Source: Auanema rhodensis (Eukaryota; Animalia; Nematoda). From it: a stretch of DNA of 64,000 bases. The notes beneath the pieces are model-generated. The model saw nothing but the letters and a program-made list of their open reading frames with translations. It had not been told where the DNA came from and did not search any database. Position numbers and translations under genes: made by a program. The stretch is taken from positions 2,170,001 through 2,234,000 of the forward strand of contig OZ059897.1 of assembly GCA_964057225.1 (NCBI GenBank), in the 5' to 3' direction. Shown in pieces: positions 53,601-64,000 of the stretch; the first letter of the stretch is position 1, and each line of letters opens with the position of its first letter.

Positions 53601-56134
53601 CTTATATCCTCGATTTTCACCCTGAAGAAATGATTTTTTCGTTGAAAAACATTGTCCATCGTCTTCGTCATGAAAAAAGGAATCTAAAAACATATACTTT
53701 TTGTGAAATTATTCAGAAATTTTTCGGGAAAATTTTTGTCAAAATGTTTTTGGAAGCAATGTTGAGTGTACATGGGAACTCAACATACACTAATGCATTA
53801 TTTTTCAAACGATCATAACTAATTTTTGTATAAAGCGTTTCTTAATGTAGTATAGTGCATTCGATGCGGATTTTTAAGCTGCGTCGATCTGTGTTATCAG
53901 ATTTGAGTTAGCTTAAAAATGCACCGAGATATCAACTGATATATGTTCACACTTATATCCTCGATTTTCACCCTGAAGAAATGATTTTTTCGTTGAAAAA
54001 ACATTGTCCATCGTCTTTGCCTTGAAAAAAGGAATCTAAAAACATCTACTTTTTGTGAAATTATTTAGAAATTTTTCGGGAAAATTTTTGTCAAAATGTT
54101 TTTGGAAGCAATGTTGAGTGTACATGGGAACTCAACATACACTAATGCATTATTTTTCAAACGATCATAACTTATTTTTGTATAGAGCGTTTCTCAATGT
54201 AGTATAGTGCATTCGATGCGGATTTTTAAGCTGCGTCGATCTGTGTTATCCGATTTGAGCTAGCTTGAAAATGTACCGAGATATCAACTGATATATGTTC
54301 ACACTTATATCCTCGATTTTCACCCTGAAGAATTTATTTTTTCGTTGAATAACATTGTCCATCGTCTTCGCCTTGAAAGAAGGAATCTAAAAACATCTAC
54401 TTTTTGTGAAATTATTCAGAAATTTTTCGGGAAAATTTTTGTCAAAATGTTTTTGGAAGCAATGTTGAGTGTACATGGGAACTCAGCATACACTAATGCA
54501 TTATTTTTCAAACGATAATAACTAATTTTTGTATAGAGCGTTTCTTAATGTAGTATAATGCATTCGATGCGGATTTTAAAGTTGCGTTGATCTGTGTTAT
54601 CAGATTTGAGTTAGCTTAAAAATGCACCGAGATATCAACTGATATATGTTCACACTTATATCCTCGATTTTCACCCTGAAGAAATGATTTTTTCGTTGAA
54701 AAACATTGTCCATCGTCTTCGTCATGAAAAAAGGAATCTAAAAACATCTACTTTTTGTGAAATTATTCAGAAAATTTTCGGGAAAATTTTTGTCAAAATG
54801 TTTTTGGAAGCAATGTTGGGTGTACATGGGAACTCAACATACACTAATGCATTATTTTTCAAACGATCATAACTAATTTTTGTATAAAGCGTTTCTTAAT
54901 GTAGTATAGTGCATTCGATGCGGATTTTTAAGCTGCGTCGATCTGTGTTATCAGATTTGAGTTAGCTTAAAAATGCACCGAGATATCAACTGATATATGT
55001 TCACACTTATATCCTCGATTTTCACCCTGAAGAATTTATTTTTTCGTTGAATAACATTGTCCATCGTCTTCGCCTTGAAAGAAGGAATCTAAAAACATCT
55101 ACTTTTTGTGAAATTATTTAGAAATTTTTCGGGAAAATTTTTGTCAAAATGTTTTTGGAAGCAATGTTGAGTGTACATGGGAACTCAACATACACTAATG
55201 CATTATTTTTCAAACGATCATAACTAATTTTTGTATAAAGCGTTTCTTAATGTAGTATAGTGCATTCGATGCGGATTTTTAAGCTGCGTCGATCTGTGTT
55301 ATCAGATTTGAGTTAGCTTAAAAATGCACCGAGATATCAACTGATATATGTTCACACTTATATCCTCGATTTTCACCCTGAAGAAATGATTTTTTCGTTT
55401 GAAAAACATTGTCCATCGTCTTTGCCTTGAAAAAAGGAATCTAAAAACATCTACTTTTTGTGAAATTATTTAGAAATTTTTCGGGAAAATTTTTGTCAAA
55501 ATGTTTTTGGAAGCAATGTTGAGTGTACATGGGAACTCAACATACACTAATGCATTATTTTTCAAACGATCATAACTAATTTTTGTATAGAGCGTTTCTT
55601 AATGTAGTATAATGCATTCGATGCGGATTTTTAAGCTGCGTCGATCTGTGTTATCCGATTTGAGCTAGCTTGAAAATGTACCGAGATATCAACTGATATA
55701 TGTTCACACTTATATCCTCGATTTTCACCCTGAAGAATTTATTTTTTCGTTGAATAACATTGTCCATCGTCTTCGCCTTGAAAGAAGGAATCTAAAAACA
55801 TCTACTTTTTGTGAAATTATTCAGAAATTTTTCGGGAAAATTTTTGTCAAAATGTTTTTGGAAGCAATGTTGAGTGTACATGGGAACTCAGCATACACTA
55901 ATGCATTATTTTTCAAACGATAATAACTAATTTTTGTATAGAGCGTTTCTTAATGTAGTATAATGTATTCGATGCGGATTTTTAAGTTGCGTTGATCTGT
56001 GTTATCAGATTTGAGTTAGCTTAAAAATGCACCGAGATATCAACTGATATATGTTCACACTTATATCCTCGATTTTCACCCTGAAGAAATGATTTTTTCG
56101 TTGAAAAACATTGTCCATCGTCTTCGTCATGAAA
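50605..56134. repeat. Tandem 8-mer duplication (2810-bp unit, ~2 copies)
   Basis: The ORF pairs 50820/53630 and 51874/54684, the TTCGTTT variant at 52590/55400, and AACAAACACT and CATATACT all recur at +2810. Confidence 0.88.
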
Positions 56135-59100
56135 GAAGGAATCTAAAAACATCTACTTTTTGTGAAATTATTTAGAAATTTTTCGGGAAAATTTTTGTCA
56201 AAATGTTTTTGGAAGCAATGTTGAGTGTACATGGGAACTCAACATACACTAATGCATTATTTTTCAAACGATCATAACTAATTTTTGTATAAAGCGTTTC
56301 TTAATGTAGTATAGTGCATTCGATGCGGATTTTTAAGCTGCGTCGATCTGTGTTATCAGATTTGAGTTAGCTTAAAAATGCACCGAGATATCAACTGATA
56401 TATGTTCACACTTATATCCTCGATTTTCACCCTGAAGAAATGATTTTTTCGTTGAAAAAACATTGTCCATCGTCTTTGCCTTGAAAAAAGGAATCTAAAA
56501 ACATCTACTTTTTGTGAAATTATTTAGAAATTTTTCGGGAAAATTTTTGTCAAAATGTTTTTGGAAGCAATGTTGAGTGTACATGGGAACTCAACAAACA
56601 CTAATGCATTATTTTTCAAACGATCATAACTTATTTTTGTATAGAGCGTTTCTCAATGTAGTATAGTGCATTCGATGCGGATTTTTAAGCTGCGTCGATC
56701 TGTGTTATCCGATTTGAGCTAGCTTGAAAATGTACCGAGATATCAACTGATATAGGTTCACACTTATATCCTCGATTTTCACCCTGAAGAAATGATTTTT
56801 TCGTTGAAAAACATTGTCCATCGTCTTCGTCATGAAAAAAGGAATCTAAAAACATATACTTTTTGTGAAATTATTCAGAAATTTTTCGGGAAAATTTTTG
56901 TCAAAATGTTTTTGGAAGCAATGTTGAGTGTACATGGGAACTCAACATACACTAATGCATTATTTTTCAAACGATCATAACTAATTTTTGTATAAAGCGT
57001 TTCTTAATGTAGTATAGTGCATTCGATGCGGATTTTTAAGCTGCGTCGATCTGTGTTATCAGATTTGAGTTAGCTTAAAAATGCACCGAGATATCAACTG
57101 ATATATGTTCACACTTATATCCTCGATTTTCACCCTGAAGAAATGATTTTTTCGTTGAAAAAACATTGTCCATCGTCTTTGCCTTGAAAAAAGGAATCTA
57201 AAAACATCTACTTTTTGTGAAATTATTTAGAAATTTTTCGGGAAAATTTTTGTCAAAATGTTTTTGGAAGCAATGTTGAGTGTACATGGGAACTCAACAT
57301 ACACTAATGCATTGTTTTTCAAACGATCATAACTTATTTTTGTATAGAGCGTTTCTCAATGTAGTATAGTGCATTCGATGCGGATTTTTAAGCTGCGTCG
57401 ATCTGTGTTATCCGATTTGAGCTAGCTTGAAAATGTACCGAGATATCAACTGATATATGTTCACACTTATATCCTCGATTTTCACCCTGAAGAATTTATT
57501 TTTTCGTTGAATAACATTGTCCATCGTCTTCGCCTTGAAAGAAGGAATCTAAAAACATCTACTTTTTGTGAAATTATTCAGAAATTTTTCGGGAAAATTT
57601 TTGTCAAAATGTTTTTGGAAGCAATGTTGAGTGTACATGGGAACTCAGCATACACTAATGCATTATTTTTCAAACGATAATAACTAATTTTTGTATAGAG
57701 CGTTTCTTAATGTAGTATAATGCATTCGATGCGGATTTTTAAGTTGCGTTGATCTGTGTTATCAGATTTGAGTTAGCTTAAAAATGCACCGAGATATCAA
57801 CTGATATATGTTCACACTTATATCCTCGATTTTCACCCTGAAGAATTTATTTTTTCGTTGAATAACATTGTCCATCGTCTTCGCCTTGAAAGAAGGAATC
57901 TAAAAACATCTACTTTTTGTGAAATTATTTAGAAATTTTTCGGGAAAATTTTTGTCAAAATGTTTTTGGAAGCAATGTTGAGTGTACATGGGAACTCAAC
58001 ATACACTAATGCATTATTTTTCAAACGATCATAACTAATTTTTGTATAAAGCGTTTCTTAATGTAGTATAGTGCATTCGATGCGGATTTTTAAGCTGCGT
58101 CGATCTGTGTTATCAGATTTGAGTTAGCTTAAAAATGCACCGAGATATCAACTGATATATGTTCACACTTATATCCTCGATTTTCACCCTGAAGAAATGA
58201 TTTTTTCGTTGAAAAAACATTGTCCATCGTCTTTGCCTTGAAAAAAGGAATCTAAAAACATCTACTTTTTGTGAAATTATTTAGAAATTTTTCGGGAAAA
58301 TTTTTGTCAAAATGTTTTTGGAAGCAATGTTGAGTGTACATGGGAACTCAACAAACACTAATGCATTATTTTTCAAACGATCATAACTTATTTTTGTATA
58401 GAGCGTTTCTCAATGTAGTATAGTGCATTCGATGCGGATTTTTAAGCTGCATCGATCTGTGTTATCCGATTTGAGCTAGCTTGAAAATGTACCGAGATAT
58501 CAACTGATATAGGTTCACACTTATATCCTCGATTTTCACCCTGAAGAAATGATTTTTTCGTTGAAAAACATTGTCCATCGTCTTCGTCATGAAAAAAGGA
58601 ATCTAAAAACATATACTTTTTGTGAAATTATTCAGAAATTTTTCGGGAAAATTTTTGTCAAAATGTTTTTGGAAGCAATGTTGAGTGTACATGGGAACTC
58701 AACATACACTAATGCATTATTTTTCAAACGATCATAACTAATTTTTGTATAAAGCGTTTCTTAATGTAGTATAGTGCATTCGATGCGGATTTTTAAGCTG
58801 CGTCGATCTGTGTTATCAGATTTGAGTTAGCTTAAAAATGCACCGAGATATCAACTGATATATGTTCACACTTATATCCTCGATTTTCACCCTGAAGAAA
58901 TGATTTTTTCGTTGAAAAAACATTGTCCATCGTCTTTGCCTTGAAAAAAGGAATCTAAAAACATCTACTTTTTGTGAAATTATTTAGAAATTTTTCGGGA
59001 AAATTTTTGTCAAAATGTTTTTGGAAGCAATGTTGAGTGTACATGGGAACTCAACATACACTAATGCATTATTTTTCAAACGATCATAACTTATTTTTGT

Positions 59101-60305
59101 ATAGAGCGTTTCTCAATGTAGTATAGTGCATTCGATGCGGATTTTTAAGCTGCGTCGATCTGTGTTATCCGATTTGAGTTAGCTTAAAAATGCACCGAGA
59201 TATCAACTGATATATGTTCACACTTATATCCTCGATTTTCACCCTGAAGAAATGATTTTTTCGTTGAAAAAACATTGTCCATCGTCTTTGCCTTGAAAAA
59301 AGGAATCTAAAAACATCTACTTTTTGTGAAATTATTTAGAAATTTTTCGGGAAAATTTTTGTCAAAATGTTTTTGGAAGCAATGTTGAGTGTACATGGGA
59401 ACTCAACATACACTAATGCATTATTTTTCAAACGATCATAACTTATTTTTGTATAGAGCGTTTCTCAATGTAGTATAGTGCATTCGATGCGGATTTTTAA
59501 GCTGCGTCGATCTGTGTTATCCGATTTGAGTTAGCTTAAAAATGCACCGAGATATCAACTGATATATGTTCACACTTATATCCTCGATTTTCACCCTGAA
59601 GAAATGATTTTTTCGTTGAAAAAACATTGTCCATCGTCTTTGCCTTGAAAAAAGGAATCTAAAAACATCTACTTTTTGTGAAATTATTTAGAAATTTTTC
59701 GGGAAAATTTTTGTCAAAATGTTTTTGGAAGCAATGTTGAGTGTACATGGGAACTCAACATACACTAATGCATTATTTTTCAAACGATCATAACTTATTT
59801 TTGTATAGAGCGTTTCTCAATGTAGTATAGTGCATTCGATGCGGATTTTTAAGCTGCGTCGATCTGTGTTATCCGATTTGAGCTAGCTTGAAAATGTACC
59901 GAGATATCAACTGATATATGTTCACACTTATATCCTCGATTTTCACCCTGAAGAATTTATTTTTTCGTTGAATAACATTGTCCATCGTCTTCGCCTTGAA
60001 AGAAGGAATCTAAAAACATCTACTTTTTGTGAAATTATTCAGAAATTTTTCGGGAAAATTTTTGTCAAAATGTTTTTGGAAGCAATGTTGAGTGTACATG
60101 GGAACTCAGCATACACTAATGCATTATTTTTCAAACGATAATAACTAATTTTTGTATAGAGCGTTTCTTAATGTAGTATAATGCATTCGATGCGGATTTT
60201 TAAGTTGCGTTGATCTGTGTTATCAGATTTGAGTTAGCTTAAAAATGCACCGAGATATCAACTGATATATGTTCACACTTATATCCTCGATTTTCACCCT
60301 GAAGA
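56131..60305. repeat. 5-mer duplication (1757 bp) whose second copy contains a triplicated 352-bp monomer
   Basis: ORFs 56792 and 58549 are 1757 apart. Three consecutive six-A monomers lie at ~58915, 59267 and 59619, after which the offset is 2461 = 1757 + 2x352. Confidence 0.83.
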
Positions 60306-60829
60306 AATGATTTTTTCGTTGAAAAACATTGTCCATCGTCTTCGTCATGAAAAAAGGAATCTAAAAACATCTACTTTTTGTGAAATTATTCAGAAAATTT
60401 TCGGGAAAATTTTTGTCAAAATGTTTTTGGAAGCAATGTTGAGTGTACATGGGAACTCAACATACACTAATGCATTATTTTTCAAACGATCATAACTAAT
60501 TTTTGTAAATAGCGTTTCTCGATGTAGTATAGTGCATTCGATGCGGATTTTTAAGCTGCGTTGATCTGTGTTATCAGATTTGAGTTAACTTAAAAATGCA
60601 CCGAGATATCAACTGATATAGGTTCACACTTATATCCTCGATTTTCACCCTGAAGAAATGATTTTTTCGTTGAAAAACATTGTCCATCGTCTTTGTCATG
60701 AAAAAAGGAATCTAAAAACATCTACTTTTTGTGAAATTATTCAGAAAATTTTCGGGAAAATTTTTGTCAAAATGTTTTTGGAAGCAATGTTGAGTGTACA
60801 TGGGAACTCAACATACACTAATGCATTAT

Positions 60830-62680
60830 TTTTCAAACGATCATAACTAATTTTTGTAAATAGCGTTTCTCAAGGTAGTATAGTGCATTCGATGCGGATT
60901 TTTAAGCTGCGTCGATCTGTGTTATCAGATTTGAGCTAGCTTAAAAATGCACCGAGATATCAACTGATATATGTTCACACTTATATCCTCGATTTTCACC
61001 CTGAAGAAATGATTTTTTGGTTGAAAAACATTGTCCATCGTCTTCGTCTTGAAAAAAGGAATCTAAAAACATCTACTTTTTGTGAAATTATTTAGAAATT
61101 TTTCGGGAAAATTTTTGTCAAAATGTTTTTGGAAGCAATGTTGGGTGTACATGGGAACTCAACATACACTAATGCATTATTTTTCAAACGATCATAACTA
61201 ATTTTTGTATAAAGCGTTTCTTAATGTAGTATAGTGCATTCGATGCGGATTTTTAAGCTGCGTCGATCTGTGTTATCAGATTTGAGTTAGCTTAAAAATG
61301 CACCGAGATATCAACTGATATATGTTCACACTTATATCCTCGATTTTCACCCTGAAGAAATGATTTTTTCGTTGAAAAAACATTGTCCTTCGTCTTTGCC
61401 TTGAAAAAAGGAATCTAAAAACATCTACTTTTTGTGAAATTATTTAGAAATTTTTCGGGAAAATTTTTGTCAAAATGTTTTTGGAAGCAATGTTGAGTGT
61501 ACATGGGAACTCAACATACACTAATGCATTATTTTTCAAACGATCATAACTAATTTTTGTAAATAGCGTTTCTCAAGGTAGTATAGTGCATTCGATGCGG
61601 ATTTTTAAGCTGCGTCGATCTGTGTTATCAGATTTGAGTTAGCTTAAAAATGCACCGAGATATCAACTGATATATGTTCACACTTATATCCTCGATTTTC
61701 ACCCTGAAGAAATGATTTTTTCGTTGAATAACATTGTCCATCATCTTCGTCATGAAAAAAGGAATCTAAAAACATCTACTTTTTGTGAAATTATTCAGAA
61801 AATTTTCGGGAAAATTTTTGTCAAAATGTTTTTGGAAGCAATGTTGAGTGTACATGGGAACTCAACATACACTAATGCATTATTTTTCAAACGATCATAA
61901 CTAATTTTTGTAAATAGCGTTTCTCAAGGTAGTATAGTGCATTCGATGCGGATTTTTAAGCTGCGTCGATCTGTGTTATCAGATTTGAGCTAGCTTAAAA
62001 ATGCACCGAGATATCAACTGATATATGTTCACACTTATATCCTCGATTTTCACCCTGAAGAAATGATTTTTTGGTTGAAAAACATTGTCCATCGTCTTCG
62101 TCTTGAAAAAAGGAATCTAAAAACATCTACTTTTTGTGAAATTATTTAGAAATTTTTCGGGAAAATATTTGTCAAAATGTTTTTGGAAGCAATGTTGGGT
62201 GTACATGGGAACTCAACATACACTAATGCATTATTTTTCAAACGATCATAACTAATTTTTGTATAAAGCGTTTCTTAATGTAGTATAGTGCATTCGATGC
62301 GGATTTTTAAGCTGCGTCGATCTGTGTTATCAGATTTGAGTTAGCTTAAAAATGCACCGAGATATCAACTGATATATGTTCACACTTATATCCTCGATTT
62401 TCACCCTGAAGAAATGATTTTTTCGTTGAAAAAACATTGTCCTTCGTCTTTGCCTTGAAAAAAGGAATCTAAAAACATCTACTTTTTGTGAAATTATTTA
62501 GAAATTTTTCGGGAAAATTTTTGTCAAAATGTTTTTGGAAGCAATGTTGAGTGTACATGGGAACTCAACATACACTAATGCATTATTTTTCAAACGATCA
62601 TAACTAATTTTTGTAAATAGCGTTTCTCAAGGTAGTATAGTGCATTCGATGCGGATTTTTAAGCTGCGTCGATCTGTGTT
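60830..62680. repeat. 3-mer duplication (1054-bp offset)
   Basis: The private variant ATTGTCCTTCG occurs at 61389 and 62443. Confidence 0.75.
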
Positions 62681-64000
62681 ATCAGATTTGAGCTAGCTTA
62701 AAAATGCACCAAGATATCAACTGATATATGTTCACACTTATATCCTCGATTTTCACCCTGAAGAAATGATTTTTTGGTTGAAAAACATTGTCCATCGTCT
62801 TCGTCTTGAAAAAAGGAATCTAAAAACATCTACTTCTTGTGAAATTATTTAGAAATTTTTCGGGAAAATTTTTGTCAAAATGTTTTTGGAAGCAATGTTG
62901 GGTGTACATGGGAACTCAACATACACTAATGCATTATTTTTCAAACGATCATAACTAATTTTTGTATAAAGCGTTTCTTAATGTAGTATAGTGCATTCGA
63001 TGCGAATTTTTAAGCTGCGTCGATCTGTGTTATCAGATTTGAGTTAGCTTAAAAATGCACCGAGATATCAACTGATATATGTTCACACTTATATCCTCGA
63101 TTTTCACCCTGAAGAAATGATTTTTTCGTTGAATAACATTGTCCATCATCTTCGTCTTGAAAAAAGGAATCTAAAAACATCTACTTTTTGTGAAATTATT
63201 TAGAAATTTTTCGGGAAAATTTTTGTCAAAATGTTTTTGGAAGCAATGTTGAGTGTACATGGGAACTCAACATACACTAATGCATTATTTTTCAAACGAT
63301 CATAACTAATTTTTGTAAATAGCTTTTCTCAAGGTAGTATAGTGCATTCGATGCGGATTTTTAAGCTGCGTCGATCTGTGTTATCAGATTTGAGTTAGCT
63401 TAAAAATGCACCGAGATATCAACTGATATATGTTCACACTTATATCCTCGATTTTCACCCTGAAGAAATGATTTTTTCGTTGAAAAACATTGTCCATCGT
63501 CTTCGTCATGAAAAAAGGAATCTAAAAACATCTACTTTTTGTGAAATTATTTAGAAATTTTTCGGGAAAATTTTTGTCAAAATGTTTTTGGAAGCAATGT
63601 TGAGTGTACATGGGAACTCAACATACACTAATGCATTATTTTTCAAACGATAATAACTAATTTTTGTATAGAGCGTTTCTTAATGTAGTAAAGTGCATTC
63701 GATGCGGATTTTTAAGCTGTGTCGATCTGTGTTATCAGATTTGAGTTAGCTTAAAAATGCACCGAGATATCAACTGATATATGTTCACACTTATATCCTC
63801 GATTTTCACCCTGAAGAAATGATTTTTTCGTTGAATAACATTGTCCATCGTCTTCGCCTTGAAAGAAGGAATCTAAAAACATCTACTTTTTGTGAAATTA
63901 TCTAGAAATTTTTCGGGAAAATTTTTGTCAAAATGTTTTTGGAAGCAATGTTGAGTGTACATGGGAACTCAACATACACTAATGCATTATTTTTCAAACG

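Larger units (their letters stand above)
1..64000. repeat. Tandem satellite DNA array, 351/352-bp AT-rich monomer, 182 full copies plus a partial, single orientation, open at both window edges
   Basis: The motif TGTCAAAATGTTTTTGGAAGCAATG starts at 1, 352 and so on up to 63926. 63925 = 182x351 + 43, and the excess is explained by 352-bp monomers with an extra A in TTGAAAAAACATTG. Monomer 1 has 107/351 G+C. No non-monomer sequence was seen. Confidence 0.99.

Noticed and set aside
12521-61900. 26 ORFs of 62-70 aa on both strands
   Set aside because: Each is the same satellite segment opened by a SNP (TAG>TGG or CAG, CTAAAA>CTGAAA). They overlap on opposite strands, are F/K/I/N-rich as expected from A/T tracts, match no domain I recognise, and are interrupted by stops in most monomers.
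1-64000. CRISPR array or other repeat-spacer system
   Set aside because: There are no unique spacers: the entire 351 bp repeats, and no cas or other genes are present.
1-64000. Embedded transposon, inversion or unique insertion
   Set aside because: Monomer phase is kept from 1 to 63926 with a net drift of only 43 bp, explained by 1-bp indels, which leaves no room for an insertion. No reverse-orientation monomers were seen.

Overview
The whole 64 kb window is one uninterrupted, head-to-tail, single-orientation array of an AT-rich satellite DNA. The monomer is 351 bp (about 31% GC), with a common 352-bp variant and one 350-bp copy, giving 182 complete monomers plus a 75-bp partial. I find no genes, RNA genes, transposon insertions, inversions or CRISPR spacers. 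All ORF-track entries are 62-70 aa by-products of SNPs that remove stop codons in the monomer. The informative structure lies in the monomer variants. About 20-25 recurrent polymorphic sites reveal a patchwork of short-lived, nested higher-order repeats (local tandem units of 1, 2, 3, 5, 6, 7, 8 and 13 monomers, plus dispersed block copies at offsets of 18, 28, 49 and 51 monomers). They also show a left-to-right subfamily turnover, a short conversion-like tract and a patch of less-homogenised monomers. The monomer is rich in dyads, is not CpG-depleted, and contains a hammerhead-ribozyme-like arrangement that fails two core requirements, so that call is speculative. The window is most likely eukaryotic (peri)centromeric or heterochromatic satellite. 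I cannot name the family or organism. All comparisons were made by eye, so block boundaries are approximate.
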